Assembly: GCA_039794845.1 (NCBI GenBank)
Contig: JAUQVK010000101.1
Coordinates: 33,225 to 97,224, forward strand
Length of the DNA stretch: 64,000 nt
Direction of reading: 5' to 3'
DNA from: Thermostichus sp. DRC_bins_24
GTDB lineage: Bacteria; Cyanobacteriota; Cyanobacteriia; Thermostichales; Thermostichaceae
Shown: in pieces, positions 1-11,745 of the stretch
Layout: each line of letters starts with the position of its first letter
Numbering within the stretch: position 1 is the stretch's first letter
Notes under the pieces: model-generated
Told to the model about the DNA's origin: nothing
Databases searched by the model: none
Seen by the model: the letters and a program-made list of their open reading frames with translations, nothing else
Program-made: the position numbers and the translations under genes

Positions 1-549
<549 letters not shown>

Positions 550-636
550 TCATTCTATTTGCAAACCGTTACAATTGCTCAGGCTGGCCGTGGTGGGGAA
601 AAGAGCCGCGCATGTAGGATCGCTGAAGAACCCGTA

Positions 637-644
637 GGGATCCC
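637..644. repeat. HIP-type palindrome GGGATCCC (one example; dozens of copies across the window)
   Basis: Other examples at 1271, 19541, 25533 and 36253; occurs in both coding and intergenic DNA. Confidence 0.9.
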
Positions 645-668
645 TAGCCGATTGCGAGAGCGAACCCG

Positions 669-1256
669 ATGAGCCTCACCACCCAGAAACTGTCTTTCGC
701 CGAATACTTGACCTATACCGATGGCACCGACACTCGCTACGAACTGGTGGATGGAGAATTGTTGCCCATGAGCCTGGGAACGGGTCAGCATGGGGCGATC
801 ATCCGCTACTTGGTGCGTCGTTGGGAGAATGCTGCTTTATCCGCCCGCCGCCCTTGGGTGGTTCTTCCGGGTTTGGTGGGCATTCGTTCTCCCAGAGGTC
901 GTCGGTGGGACACCGTGCGTATCCCGGATGTAACGGTCATGGAACAGGGGCAATGGGAGGAAATGGCGGATCGAGAAGCAGTGATCGACTTCAATGAGCC
1001 TCCGCCACTGCTGCTGGCCGAGGTGGTCAGCCCTTCCACGCAACTGGAAGACTATCGCTCCAAGCGGGCAGAGTACGGCCTGTTGGAGGTGCCTGAGTAC
1101 TGGATTGTCGATCCGATAGCGGAGAAGGTAACGGTCTGTATCTTGGAGCATGGCTTTTACGACGCCACAGAATGGACTGGCTCCCAAGGGATCCCTTGTC
1201 AGGGCTTTCCTGAGCTGGTTCTGACGCCGGAGCAAATTCTGGCAGCCCAACTTTAA
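669..1256 (+). CDS. Uma2 family (PD-(D/E)XK-fold) protein
   Basis: [19 protein letters not shown] and Y...VPEYWIVDP motifs. Confidence 0.88.
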   Translation: MSLTTQKLSFAEYLTYTDGTDTRYELVDGELLPMSLGTGQHGAIIRYLVRRWENAALSARRPWVVLPGLVGIRSPRGRRWDTVRIPDVTVMEQGQWEEMADREAVIDFNEPPPLLLAEVVSPSTQLEDYRSKRAEYGLLEVPEYWIVDPIAEKVTVCILEHGFYDATEWTGSQGIPCQGFPELVLTPEQILAAQL

Positions 1257-1284
1257 GCCCGGTGCCTCAAGGGATCCCGCAACC

Positions 1285-1827
1285 CTAACGACGGAAACTA
1301 AGCTGCCCTGGCCGGCTTCGGCGACGCTTGCGCCAACGCTTCCAGCCCGAGATCATCCAATCGCTGAGGCTGTGGTTCATGGCTCCCAGCTCAAGCCCCA
1401 TGCCGATCCAAAACAGCAGCTCGCCATGCACCTGCAGCAGCTGCCAGAGATCACTGCGCCAAACCCAGGGTTGCCACATCCACCAGCCCCACAGGGATCC
1501 CAGCCAGGCCCACAGCAACCCAAATCCCCCGATCCACAGGCTTAGATACAACACCCGCACCCCTGTGCCCAAAATCGGCCCGTGGGACCAAAAGGAGCGA
1601 TGGCGCATCCATTTGCGGTAGGGCAGCCAAATCCAGCGCAAGAACAGCCAGCGTTGATATTGGCGAGAGCGGGTATCCAGATCCCCGGAAAACATCAGGC
1701 CACTGAACAAATAGGCGGATCCCACGGCCAAAGCAACGGTGGTGCTATTCCCCAACAACCCAGCGGCCAGCGTGATACTGGGGGCCGTCCAGAGGGTGAT
1801 GCGGTCATGGGTGGATCCCAGGGGCAT
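1285..1827 (-). CDS. DUF2227-family putative metal-binding membrane protein
   Basis: MP.G.THDRIT start, DLD, HRS.WSHGP..GT..R and H...D motifs, hydrophobic segments. Confidence 0.8.
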   Translation of the reverse strand: MPLGSTHDRITLWTAPSITLAAGLLGNSTTVALAVGSAYLFSGLMFSGDLDTRSRQYQRWLFLRWIWLPYRKWMRHRSFWSHGPILGTGVRVLYLSLWIGGFGLLWAWLGSLWGWWMWQPWVWRSDLWQLLQVHGELLFWIGMGLELGAMNHSLSDWMISGWKRWRKRRRSRPGQLSFRR

Positions 1828-1971
1828 AAACTCAAGCCGTGCAACTGCGGCTCAGTTTACCCGCTTGATCGGGATAAAGCTTGCCGGGGGGGATCCCTTT
1901 TCTCTTACACCCGTAAACCGGCACCGGCTACATTGAAATTCTCGGAAATTCTCGGGATCCCTGGCTTTGTT

Positions 1972-3843
1972 ATGACCATCCCTCTGATTCAAAACCGTGA
2001 CCTTCTGGAAAGCCGTCTCAAGGAGCTGCCCCTCGAGCCGGGCGTCTACTTGATGCGGGATGCCACAGATCAAATCCTCTACGTGGGCAAATCCAAGAAA
2101 TTGCGCTCAAGGGTGCGATCCTACTTTCGCTTCACCAGTGATCTGTCCCCTCGCATTCAGCGCATGGTGGTTCAGGTTTGTGAGATTGAGTTTATCGTCA
2201 CCGATAATGAAAGCGAGGCCCTAGCCCTAGAAGATAACCTGATTAAAACCCATCAGCCCCCCTATAACGTTCTCCTCAAAGACGACAAAAAATACCCCTA
2301 TTTGTGTATCACCTGGTCGAATACTTATCCTCACCTTTACATCACCCGCCATCGTCGTCTCAATCAAAACCAAGACAAATACTATGGCCCCTATACCGAT
2401 GTGGGGTTGCTGCGCTACACCCTCGGGTTGGTGAAGCGAATATTCCCCTTGCGGCAACGGCCCAAACCCCTCTACAAAGATCGTACCTGTTTGAACTACG
2501 ACATTGGGCGTTGTCCGGGCGTCTGTCAAGGCTTGATCACCCCAGAAGACTATCGCAAAACCTTGTCTCAGGTGGCGATGATCTTCCAGGGACAAACCGA
2601 TGAGCTGGTTAAAGATCTAAAAGGAAAAATGGCTCAAGCAGCCGTCCATGAAAATTATGAGGCAGCGGCACGATTTCGGGATCAAATTCGTGGCCTAGAA
2701 CAACTGGGTGAATCCCAAAAGGTTTCGTTGCCCAACTCCACCGTTAGCCGGGATGCTCTGGCCCTGGCCATGAACGACTCGCGAGCTTGTATTCAACTGT
2801 TTCAGGTGCGGGCGGGAAAATTGGTGGGAAGATTGGGATTTATTGCCGAAAACCAGGGGGATGACCCGGCCCTGATTTTGCAACGGGTGCTGCAAGAGCA
2901 TTACCAATACTGTGATCCTGTGGAGATCCCTTCTGAAATTTTGACCCAGTATGAATTGCCCGAAAGTGACTTTTTGGAGTCTTGGTTAAGCCAGAAAAAG
3001 GGGCGCAAGGTGAGCCTCATCACCCCACAACGGCAGAGCAAAGCTGAGCTGATCGAGTTGGTGGAGCGAAATGCGGAACTGGAGCTAACCCGTACCCAGC
3101 GCCTGGCGGATCGGGATGCGGCGGCGTTGGAGCGCTTGGCGGAGGTGTTGGATTTGCCCGAAGCCCCTCGCCGTTTGGAAGCCTACGATATTTCCCACAT
3201 TCAGGGATCCGATGCGGTGGGCAGTCAGGTGGTGTTTATCGATGGGCTGCCCGCCAAGCAACACTATCGCCGCTACAAAATTCGCAACCCTGAGGTGCGC
3301 TCCGGTCGTTCCGATGATTTTGCCAGCCATGCGGAAGTGGCCCGTCGTCGCTTTGGCAAAATGACCCCCCAGGATCAACCGGATCTGGTGCTGATCGATG
3401 GGGGCAAAGGTCAGCTGTCGGCGGTCATGGCCGTTTTGGCGGATTTGGGTTTGGATCATCTGCCGGTGATTGGCTTGGCCAAGCGAGAAGAAGAAATTTT
3501 CCTGCCCGGGGATCCGATGCCCATACGGTTGGATCCCCAAGATCCCGCTCGCCTGTTGTTGCAACGCCTGCGGGATGAAGCCCACCGCTTTGCCATCACC
3601 TTTCACCGTCAGCAGCGCAAGGTACGCCAACAGGCCTCTACCCTTGATGAGATCCCCGGGCTGGGCAAACATCGACAAAAGCTGCTGATGGAGGAGTTTC
3701 GGTCGATTGCTCGCATTCAAGTGGCCTCAGAAGAGCAGTTGGCCCAGGTGCCCGGCATTGGCCCGAAGATCGCCCGGCAGATCTACCTCTACTTTCACCC
3801 GGAAACCCAAGCCGAATCCCTGGGAACGATGCAAGCGGGGTAA
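1972..3843 (+). CDS. uvrC: excinuclease ABC subunit C
   Basis: GIY-YIG ([14 protein letters not shown]), [17 protein letters not shown] and C-terminal HhH; start moved to ATG 1972 (MTIPLIQN). Confidence 0.96.
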   Translation: MTIPLIQNRDLLESRLKELPLEPGVYLMRDATDQILYVGKSKKLRSRVRSYFRFTSDLSPRIQRMVVQVCEIEFIVTDNESEALALEDNLIKTHQPPYNVLLKDDKKYPYLCITWSNTYPHLYITRHRRLNQNQDKYYGPYTDVGLLRYTLGLVKRIFPLRQRPKPLYKDRTCLNYDIGRCPGVCQGLITPEDYRKTLSQVAMIFQGQTDELVKDLKGKMAQAAVHENYEAAARFRDQIRGLEQLGESQKVSLPNSTVSRDALALAMNDSRACIQLFQVRAGKLVGRLGFIAENQGDDPALILQRVLQEHYQYCDPVEIPSEILTQYELPESDFLESWLSQKKGRKVSLITPQRQSKAELIELVERNAELELTRTQRLADRDAAALERLAEVLDLPEAPRRLEAYDISHIQGSDAVGSQVVFIDGLPAKQHYRRYKIRNPEVRSGRSDDFASHAEVARRRFGKMTPQDQPDLVLIDGGKGQLSAVMAVLADLGLDHLPVIGLAKREEEIFLPGDPMPIRLDPQDPARLLLQRLRDEAHRFAITFHRQQRKVRQQASTLDEIPGLGKHRQKLLMEEFRSIARIQVASEEQLAQVPGIGPKIARQIYLYFHPETQAESLGTMQAG

Positions 3844-3978
3844 TCAGGGGGAATCAGGGATAGGTACAGGGATCCCCGTCCAGTTTGGCCAGCGAGAATT
3901 CATCCTTTGCGCAATCTCCCTTCAGCCAATTGGCGGTTCCTGCGCATCTTTCCCCCCTCTTAAACTGAGAGGGGTTCA

Positions 3979-4257
3979 GTGAAGCAGTGGGTGGAACCTA
4001 TGAACATTCAGAGGGTGGACAGCCAAGCAGGGGCAACCCAGGGATCCGGTCTTCTGGGGGATCCCAGTCTATCTCCAGCTTGGGCACTGCAGCTCCCCGA
4101 CACACCCAGAACAGCCAAGAAGGGGCTAAATCGTCGGTTTGCCCTTCTCTGTTTGGCCGCCAACTTGATGGTGCCGCTATACTTACTCTGCCCCATTCCG
4201 CCGGGAGGGATCCTGAAGCACCTCTCTCCCTGGCCGACGACGACTTTTTCAGCTTGA
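3979..4257 (+). CDS. possible small hypothetical protein with one hydrophobic segment
   Basis: Fills an intergenic gap; no recognisable motif. Confidence 0.3.
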   Translation: MKQWVEPMNIQRVDSQAGATQGSGLLGDPSLSPAWALQLPDTPRTAKKGLNRRFALLCLAANLMVPLYLLCPIPPGGILKHLSPWPTTTFSA

Positions 4258-4404
4258 ATTGGCAGCTTTGCGGGTGACTGAGGCAGTTCAACTGAAAAAC
4301 TTGTGAAATATGAACATTGCTTAGAGCGAGAATGATACATACTCTTATGAGGATCATGTTTCTTTCAACACTCTGTGCCGCCGACAGGAACACAGAGGAG
4401 CGCG

Positions 4405-7400
4405 ATGCCAACCGGGTTTGATGTGCTCCTAGAGAATGCCCCCATCGGAATCTTCCGGGTGGATCGGGAGGGCCGGTTCCTGTTGGCCAATCGCAAGCTG
4501 GCGGAGATTTACGGATATGCCTCCAGCGCCCACCTGCTGCGCCACCTGTCGGATTTTGGCCATCGGTTCTATCTGGATGCTGCCGGTCGTCGCCAATGGT
4601 TCCAGGATCTGCTTCGGGGCAAAGTTGGTGATGAGGGAGCCGTTCAAGAGTTTCTACTTTGCAATCACCGGTGCTTGGAGGTGTGGATACGAGAACAGGT
4701 GCAGGTGGGGCGAAATGCCGAAGGGGATCCCCTTTATTTTGAAGGATACGTGGAGGACATTACGGCCCAGAAGCAAACTGAGCAAGCCCTGGCTGACAGC
4801 CAAGAGCGCTACCAAAGCCTGATTTGGGCTATCCCAGAAGTGTTGGTCATCTTCAGTAAAGAAGGTCAATATTTGGAGTTGACCTATCCACCCGAACATG
4901 CCCACCTCACCTCGATTCCGCTGGAAGATTTCCAGGGTAAATCTGTGCGGGATCTGTTTACGCCAGAAGTTGCCGATTTGTTGCAAAGGCTGATCGCTCG
5001 CTGCTTGGCCACGGGATCCCGACAAACCCTGGAATACCCCGTCACCACCCCAAAAGGAGAACCCCGCCACCAGGAAATTCGCATGGTGCCCTACGGATCG
5101 GAGCGGGTTCTGGGCTTAATCCGAGATATTACCGAGCGCAAACAGATGGAATTGGCGCTGCTGGAAAGTCAACAGCGGTTTTGGGGCATTGTCGGATCCT
5201 GCAACCTGGGCATTTCTCTGGTTCCCCTCGAGACGGAGGCCAAGCCCCACGGCATGAACTCAGCCCTTGCAGAGATTTCAGGGTATTCCGCGGAGGAATG
5301 GAGAACTTTACCCCTAGAAAGTTACATCCCTGACCCGGCCGATGTGAAGACTCTGAAAACCTTTTGGCGGGAATTGGTCAGTGGGCAGCGCAGCCATTAC
5401 GAGCTCGAGCACCGCTGTACCCGTAAGGACGGCCAAACCATCTGGGTGAAGTTTCAGGTGTATGTGGTCAAGGATGATAACGAACAGCCTTTGTTCGCCG
5501 TTTCTTTTTTGGATGATATTAGCGATCGCAGGCACATCAAGTCTGCTCTTGAAGAAACCAAACATCAATTGGAAGGCATTTTTAACTTCTGTGGGCAGGG
5601 GATCGCGCTGATGAACTTTGCTCCCAATCCTCAATATCTGATTCTAAATCCGGCGATGATGGAGATTACGGGATACAGTGAAGAGGATTGGCTGAACCTG
5701 AAAATTGAGGATTACACCCCCTATCTTGAAGACCAAGAACGGGGGAAAATGCTTTGGGAAGAATTGATCTCCGGACATATCAACAACTATGAATACGAAA
5801 AAATCATTCGTCGTAAAGATGGCAAAGAGATCTGGGTACATTTGCAGCTCTTTGCTGTGCGATCTCAGCAGGGAGAGCCTTTATTTATCTTGTCTTTTAT
5901 GGAAGATATTTCCGAACGAAAAAAGGCTGAGGCTCATTTGCGAGAAAGTTTGGCCGACCTAGCCCGCAGTGAAGCACGTTACCGTGCTCTGTATGAAGCC
6001 ATTCCAGACATGCTTTTGCAAGTGGATCGACAGGGGCTGATCATGTCTTACAAGCCTCCGAGAGGGTTTACATCGGCCTATCCCCATGATTGTTATCTCA
6101 ATCAGTATGCTCGGGACCTTTTTCCTGAGTATTGGACAACCTATTTTTCTCCGATATTGGAAAAAGCCTTTCAAACCGGGCAAATTCAGGTAACAGAATA
6201 CCCCTTCCCCAAACCTTCTGCTGAAGAGCAACCGGAATATCGCGAGGCGCGTGTGCTGCCCTTTGGGCCGGATGATGCTATTGTTTTGGTGCGCGACATC
6301 ACCCTGCGGAAACGCCTGGAAGTGGCCCAACAGGTACGTGAGGCGGAATTGCAAGCCTTAGTGCAGAAACATACGCGACAACTGGAGCTCAGCCTAGAGT
6401 TTGAATCAATTCTGCGCCGCCTCACCCATCAAATGCGTGAGACCTTAGATGAAGGCACCATTTTACGGACGGTAGTGCGAGAGTTAGGAACCTTTCTGAA
6501 AGTCATCTTTTGCGATATCGGCCTTTACGACAGCCGCAGAACCTACTCCCAGATCAGCTACGAATACACGACGCTGCCTACTTCAGGAATTGGGGATTGG
6601 ATCCGCATGGAAGACTTCCCCTTCATCTATGAACAACTGTGGCGAGGCTGGTGTTTTCAGATATGCGATCGGGATCGCCCTAGGGATCCCAAACAGCCTC
6701 CCCCTTTCCTGACGAAGCTGGCCTGCCCGATTGCCGATGATCAGGGCATCATCGGCGATTTGTGGTTGGCGCGCTCCCCTTCTGAAAGTTTCAGCGAATG
6801 GGAGATTAACCTCGTGCAACAAATGGCGGCTCAGTGTGCCATTGCCATCCGCCAAGCGCGGCTGTACGTGAGGAGCCAAGCCCAAGTGGTGGAACTGAAA
6901 AAACTAAACCAGCTCAAGGATGATTTCCTGGCTGCTGTTTCCCATGAACTGCGAACTTCCCTCACCAACATTAGCCTTTCGATTCGCATGTTAAAACTCA
7001 GCGCCAGAGCCGCCCCTTTGGATTCCAAGCAAATTCATTACATCGAGGTTTTGGAGCAGGAATGTGAAAGAGAGGTTTCCCTAGTCAACGACTTGCTCGA
7101 GCTCCAAAAACTGGGCAATAGCACCCTCAACCCTCGTCAGGAGCGGCTGCATCTGCCCACGTTCTTAGCCCCCTTACTCGAGCAGTTTCGCCAACGCATG
7201 CAGGAACGCCAGCAAACGCTGCACATTCACTGGGGTCCCCGCCTACCTTTTGTACAAACGGATCCCCGCCTGTTGGAACGGGTGGTACACGAACTCCTCA
7301 CCAATGCCACCCAATTCACCCCGCCCCAGGAACACGTTCACCTAGAGGTCCTGGCTCTCGACCGTGCTCAGGTGCAGCTGCGCCTGACCAACACCGGCAT

Positions 7401-7599
7401 CGCCCTTCCCGCCGAGCAACAGGAGCAGATTTTCGAGCGGTTTTATCGCATTCCCCAATCGGATCGCTGTCAGCAGGGCGGGACGGGATTGGGGTTGGCC
7501 CTAGCCAGAGAAATTGCCACCCACTTGGGCGGATCCCTGCAGGTGGAGAGCGCCGACCACCAGACCACGTTCATCCTCAGCTTGGGCGGATCCCGTTGA
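4405..7599 (+). CDS. multi-PAS (about five PAS/PAC) GAF sensor histidine kinase
   Basis: Repeated PAC ends (EDITAQK, RDITERK, DDISDRR, EDISERK, RDITLRK), a GAF domain, H-box SHELRT, N-box ELLTNA and G-box GGTGLGL; GAGGAG RBS before ATG 4405. Confidence 0.92.
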   Translation: MPTGFDVLLENAPIGIFRVDREGRFLLANRKLAEIYGYASSAHLLRHLSDFGHRFYLDAAGRRQWFQDLLRGKVGDEGAVQEFLLCNHRCLEVWIREQVQVGRNAEGDPLYFEGYVEDITAQKQTEQALADSQERYQSLIWAIPEVLVIFSKEGQYLELTYPPEHAHLTSIPLEDFQGKSVRDLFTPEVADLLQRLIARCLATGSRQTLEYPVTTPKGEPRHQEIRMVPYGSERVLGLIRDITERKQMELALLESQQRFWGIVGSCNLGISLVPLETEAKPHGMNSALAEISGYSAEEWRTLPLESYIPDPADVKTLKTFWRELVSGQRSHYELEHRCTRKDGQTIWVKFQVYVVKDDNEQPLFAVSFLDDISDRRHIKSALEETKHQLEGIFNFCGQGIALMNFAPNPQYLILNPAMMEITGYSEEDWLNLKIEDYTPYLEDQERGKMLWEELISGHINNYEYEKIIRRKDGKEIWVHLQLFAVRSQQGEPLFILSFMEDISERKKAEAHLRESLADLARSEARYRALYEAIPDMLLQVDRQGLIMSYKPPRGFTSAYPHDCYLNQYARDLFPEYWTTYFSPILEKAFQTGQIQVTEYPFPKPSAEEQPEYREARVLPFGPDDAIVLVRDITLRKRLEVAQQVREAELQALVQKHTRQLELSLEFESILRRLTHQMRETLDEGTILRTVVRELGTFLKVIFCDIGLYDSRRTYSQISYEYTTLPTSGIGDWIRMEDFPFIYEQLWRGWCFQICDRDRPRDPKQPPPFLTKLACPIADDQGIIGDLWLARSPSESFSEWEINLVQQMAAQCAIAIRQARLYVRSQAQVVELKKLNQLKDDFLAAVSHELRTSLTNISLSIRMLKLSARAAPLDSKQIHYIEVLEQECEREVSLVNDLLELQKLGNSTLNPRQERLHLPTFLAPLLEQFRQRMQERQQTLHIHWGPRLPFVQTDPRLLERVVHELLTNATQFTPPQEHVHLEVLALDRAQVQLRLTNTGIALPAEQQEQIFERFYRIPQSDRCQQGGTGLGLALAREIATHLGGSLQVESADHQTTFILSLGGSR

Positions 7600-7684
7600 C
7601 GATCCAGCCTGAGTCACTTATGGTGAAATCTACCATATTAGGAGCCGCCGTCCTGGCCGGGAGGGGCGGTGCTGAGGGGGCAGG

Positions 7685-9367
7685 GTGAAAGTAGCGCTGT
7701 TGCAACTGAACTATACCGTTGGCGACCTGAGCGGGAATGCGGAGCAGATCCGTCTGGCGGTAGAAGCGGTGGCCGCAGCGGGGGCCGAGTTGGCAGTCAC
7801 CTCCGAGCTGGCTCTGTTGGGGTACCCTCCCCGCGATCTGTTGCTCTACCCCGCCCTGGTTCAGAAAGCCGGCCAAGTGCTGGAGCATTTGGCAGGCCAG
7901 CTGGCCAAGAGTATTCCGGTGGTGGTGGGATCCGTGCAGCGCAACCCCTTTCCCACAGGTCGCCCCCTTTACAATGCCGCAGCCTGGCTGGAGCAAGGGC
8001 AGATTCGCCACTGGTTTCAGAAGTCGCTGCTGCCCACCTACGACGTGTTTGACGAAGATCGCTATTTCGAGCCGGGATCCCAGTCACAACCCATTCAGTA
8101 CCGCGGCTATCGCCTGGGGTTCACCATTTGTGAGGATGTTTGGAACGACCGCGATTTTTGGCAGCATCCCCGTTATCACAAGGATCCGGTCGAACTCATG
8201 GCCCAATCGGGTGCCGATCTGCTGATCAATCTTTCCGCCTCTCCCTTTAGCCTCGGCAAACAAAAGCTGCGGGTGGAGATGCTGGGATCCCTGGCCCGCA
8301 AGCACCATCTGCCCATCCTTTACGTGAATCAGGTGGGGGGCAATGACGATTTGATCTTCGACGGGGCCAGTTGTGCCCTGGATCCTTCCGGTCGAGTTTG
8401 GGCCCAAGCCGCCGCCTTTCACCCGGATCATCTCATTCTGGATGTAGCCGAGCTGACTCAGCCCCAGGGATCCCCGCAGGAGCAAGCAGCAGCACCCATC
8501 GGAGCCCGGTGGCCGGCGGAGCCGGAAGCAGAACTGTACGAGGCCTTGGTCTTGGGTACCCGTGACTACGTGGGCAAATGTGGCTTCCGGGAGGTGTTGT
8601 TGGGCCTATCCGGTGGGATTGACTCCGCCGTAACCGCGGTCATTGCTGCTGCCGCCTTGGGGCCAGAACGGGTTTTGGGGGTGCTCATGCCCTCTCCCTA
8701 TTCCAGCCCGGGCAGTTTAGCCGATGCCTACCAACTGGCCCAAAATTTGGGGATCCCCACCCTGAAGCTGCCCATTCAACCCGTTATGGACAGCTACCGT
8801 GACCTTTTGGCGGAACCCTTTGCAGGGCTGGCCCCGGACATCACGGAAGAGAACCTGCAGGCGCGCATCCGGGGCACCATCCTCATGGCCCTCTCCAACA
8901 AATTTCGGCGGCTGTTGCTGACCACGGGTAACAAATCGGAGCTGGCAGTGGGCTATTGCACCATCTACGGGGATATGTCCGGTGGGTTGGCAGTGATTTC
9001 CGATGTGCCCAAAACCTGGGTGTACCGGCTGGCCCATTGGATCAACCGTGATCAAGAGCGGATCCCGCTTTCCACCCTCACCAAACCCCCTTCAGCGGAG
9101 CTGCGGCCCGACCAGCAGGACAGCGATAGCTTGCCTGCTTACGATATTTTGGACAGCATTCTGCACCGGCACATCGAACAGCATCAATCTGGCCCCGAGC
9201 TGGTGGCGCAAGGGTTTGACCCCGAGACCGTACAGCGGGTGCTGCGGCTGGTACAACTGGCCGAGTTCAAACGGCACCAAGCTGCTCCCGGACTGCGCAT
9301 CACCGATCGTGCCTTCGGCACCGGCTGGCGCATGCCGATTGCCAAACGTCAGGAAGGGATCAACTGA
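7685..9367 (+). CDS. nadE: glutamine-dependent NAD+ synthetase
   Basis: CN-hydrolase domain (YPPRDL, YDVFDEDRYF, ICEDVW) plus SGGIDS, ENLQARIRG, TGNKSE and PPSAELRPDQ. Confidence 0.96.
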   Translation: MKVALLQLNYTVGDLSGNAEQIRLAVEAVAAAGAELAVTSELALLGYPPRDLLLYPALVQKAGQVLEHLAGQLAKSIPVVVGSVQRNPFPTGRPLYNAAAWLEQGQIRHWFQKSLLPTYDVFDEDRYFEPGSQSQPIQYRGYRLGFTICEDVWNDRDFWQHPRYHKDPVELMAQSGADLLINLSASPFSLGKQKLRVEMLGSLARKHHLPILYVNQVGGNDDLIFDGASCALDPSGRVWAQAAAFHPDHLILDVAELTQPQGSPQEQAAAPIGARWPAEPEAELYEALVLGTRDYVGKCGFREVLLGLSGGIDSAVTAVIAAAALGPERVLGVLMPSPYSSPGSLADAYQLAQNLGIPTLKLPIQPVMDSYRDLLAEPFAGLAPDITEENLQARIRGTILMALSNKFRRLLLTTGNKSELAVGYCTIYGDMSGGLAVISDVPKTWVYRLAHWINRDQERIPLSTLTKPPSAELRPDQQDSDSLPAYDILDSILHRHIEQHQSGPELVAQGFDPETVQRVLRLVQLAEFKRHQAAPGLRITDRAFGTGWRMPIAKRQEGIN

Positions 9368-9474
9368 GGGCTGCAACAGCAGGTGGGATCCCAGCTTTCT
9401 CCATCAGGGTGTCAATAGGCGTGATACAACTGCTAATCGAACCTGCTAACCAACACAGAGTTTGAGGAGGGGCA

Positions 9475-9693
9475 ATGGCGATCAAAAGGGGGACCCTGGT
9501 GCGGGCCATCCGTGAGAAACTGGAGGGCAGCTTGGAGGCCCAAGCCAGCGATTCCTTGATTCCCAACTACGTCTTCGAAACCGCCGGAGAGGTGGTAGAC
9601 ATAAAGGACGATTATTTGCAGATCAAGTTTGGGGTTGTTCCTACCCCCACGGTTTGGCTGCGGGCGGATCAGGTTCAGGAGATTGATGGTTGA
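9475..9693 (+). CDS. ndhO: NAD(P)H-quinone oxidoreductase subunit O
   Basis: LVRA.REKL..SLEA.ASD...P.Y.FE..GEV...VPTP.VWLR.DQ pattern; GAGGAGG RBS. Confidence 0.92.
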   Translation: MAIKRGTLVRAIREKLEGSLEAQASDSLIPNYVFETAGEVVDIKDDYLQIKFGVVPTPTVWLRADQVQEIDG

Positions 9694-9757
9694 ATGGGAG
9701 CATTCGATGCTCCACGTCTTCACGCCCCAGCATGGCGGGTTGGTCTGAGGAGGTTTG

Positions 9758-10603
9758 ATGGTACCGCTGGCTCCTCCCACACGCGAACAACTGCTGCAGC
9801 GCAGGCGGCTTCTGCGCCAGCAACGGCGGAGTCGATTTTGGCAGGGATCCTGGCGTTTAACCAGTTCGGTGGCCGTCTTGACGATACTGGTGCTGGGTCT
9901 GCGGCAACCCTACTGGCAGATTCGTCAACCGGAACAAATTCAGATCAAGGGTGCTGACTGGGTGGATCCCGCTTGGGTAAGGGCCCGGTTGCCGTTGCAC
10001 TATCCCCTTGATATTTGGCAGGTGCAGCCGGCTGTTCTGGAAGGGGCGCTGCTGGGATCCCCGGCCCAACCCTCGCCCATTGAAAGTGTACAGGTGCAGC
10101 GGCGACTCCTCCCGGTGGGGGTGACTGTCCAGGTACGGGAACGACAGCCGATTGCGCGGGCACGACAGGGTAGCTTACTGGGGTTGGTGGATATCCAGGG
10201 CAACTGGCTGGCCCCCCATCCTTTTCGCACCCATAGCCCGGAGGGATCCGCCCGCGCTTGGCCCGAGTTGGAACTGCTGGGTTGGGAAAGCCACACCCCA
10301 GAACAATGGTCGCGTTTGCTCAAAACCTTGCAGCAGTCAGAGATCCAGATCGAGGCGGTGGATTGGCAGGCGGGAGAGGGGATCATGCTGCGCACCGAGC
10401 TGGGCCATGTCTATCTGGGGCCACTCTCGGAGCGATTGTCACTGCAAATTCAAACCCTAAACCAAATGCGGGATCTGCGCCGTTACTGTGAATGTACCCC
10501 CGACCAAATTGTCCACATCGATCTCACCAGTCCCACGGTTCCGACGTTGCAACTCACCCCCAGCGCCAGCCAAGCCCGTTGGAAAAATCTGGAGCTGCCC
10601 TAG
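9758..10603 (+). CDS. ftsQ: cell division protein FtsQ/DivIB
   Basis: Arg-rich N-terminus, a single TM segment, POTRA-like region (I.G...V.R...P.L) and V.RRLLP..V.V.V.ER.PIA, IDL..P..P. Confidence 0.78.
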   Translation: MVPLAPPTREQLLQRRRLLRQQRRSRFWQGSWRLTSSVAVLTILVLGLRQPYWQIRQPEQIQIKGADWVDPAWVRARLPLHYPLDIWQVQPAVLEGALLGSPAQPSPIESVQVQRRLLPVGVTVQVRERQPIARARQGSLLGLVDIQGNWLAPHPFRTHSPEGSARAWPELELLGWESHTPEQWSRLLKTLQQSEIQIEAVDWQAGEGIMLRTELGHVYLGPLSERLSLQIQTLNQMRDLRRYCECTPDQIVHIDLTSPTVPTLQLTPSASQARWKNLELP

Positions 10604-10610
10604 GGCTGCC

Positions 10611-11336
10611 ATGAACCCTGTGCTGGCGGTGGAAGTGAAGCAGTTGTGGGCCGCCTATCCCGGTTGCCCGCCGGTGCTGCAAGGGCTGGATCTACAGGTG
10701 CCAATGGGGGAACGACTGGGGATAATTGGGCCCAATGGGGTTGGCAAAACCACCCTCTTTCTCAGCCTCTGTGGCCTGTTGCCCATACACGCGGGCCAGG
10801 TGAGCCTGTTTGGGCAGCCCCTGCTGCCCGGCCAGTTTCGACCCGACGTAGGGTTGGTGTTTCAGGATCCCAACGACCAACTGTTTGCCGCAACTGTGGC
10901 CGAAGACGTGGCGTTTGGGTTGCGCAATCTGGGTTGTTCTGAAGCCGAGATTCCCGCTGCTGTTCACGAAGCGCTGCGCCTCACCGACACCCTGCATTTG
11001 GCGGATCGCCCCCCCCATCACCTCTCCGGCGGGGAAAAACGGATGGTGGCCATCGCCGGGATCCTGGCGATGCAGCCGCGGCTGGTTCTCTATGATGAGC
11101 CCACCGCCAACCTGGATCTGCGGGCTCGACGACGGCTGATCCAATTTGTGCAGCAGGCCCCCCACACTTTGCTGCTGGCCTCCCACGATCTGGAGCTGAT
11201 CCTGGAGGTGTGCAATCGGGTGATTTTGCTCGATCAAGGCCGGATTTGGGCACAGGGATCCCCGGCCCAGGTGATGAGCCAAACGGACCTCATGGAAGCC
11301 CATGGCCTGGAAGTGCCCCACTCGTTACGGCCCTGA
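10611..11336 (+). CDS. ECF (CbiO-type) transporter ATP-binding protein
   Basis: GPNGVGKTT, VFQDPNDQLF..TV.EDVAFG, LSGGEKRMVAIAG, DEPTANLD; start at ATG 10611. Confidence 0.88.
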   Translation: MNPVLAVEVKQLWAAYPGCPPVLQGLDLQVPMGERLGIIGPNGVGKTTLFLSLCGLLPIHAGQVSLFGQPLLPGQFRPDVGLVFQDPNDQLFAATVAEDVAFGLRNLGCSEAEIPAAVHEALRLTDTLHLADRPPHHLSGGEKRMVAIAGILAMQPRLVLYDEPTANLDLRARRRLIQFVQQAPHTLLLASHDLELILEVCNRVILLDQGRIWAQGSPAQVMSQTDLMEAHGLEVPHSLRP

Positions 11337-11745
11337 GCTGGAAGCCGACATCGATCAAAAAATGTCAAGAATTATTCTTTGAATTAACAGCAATTTCGCC
11401 TCTCTTAATAAAAAGCTATCATGCTAATTAAAAATATTGATTTTTGTTCAGGATCAATTGGGGATATCATTTTGTTAAGTCGGAGAACCTTCCTCTGAGT
11501 CATCCTGGTCAATTTTGTATGATCGGTTTTGTACAAGTAAAGATGCAGGTTTTGCCTCAGGGTTGGCGGTTTTGCCCTCCTGAGTGGCGGTCGCGGTTAA
11601 GCCAAGATAGCCTGTTCATTGGGGTTTGGGCAGAAAATCCTCTCTGATGAGATTGCATAAGCGAACCCAATAAGCGAGATAAATTCGCCTCATTGCTTGG
11701 TTTTGTGACGTTCAGGAACTGAGTGCTCAAAGATGGAGAGTTGAT

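Noticed and set aside
637..1278. Uma2 gene flanked by GGGATCCC, as an HIP-mediated insertion
   Set aside because: The motif is so frequent that flanking copies are expected by chance.
1582..1971. 130-aa N-terminal extension of UvrC in the ORF track
   Set aside because: Overlaps the opposite-strand DUF2227 gene; UvrC similarity starts near ATG 1972.
6400..6870. GAF domain as a cyanobacteriochrome
   Set aside because: No DxCF/D-motif or CH bilin-binding signature is visible.
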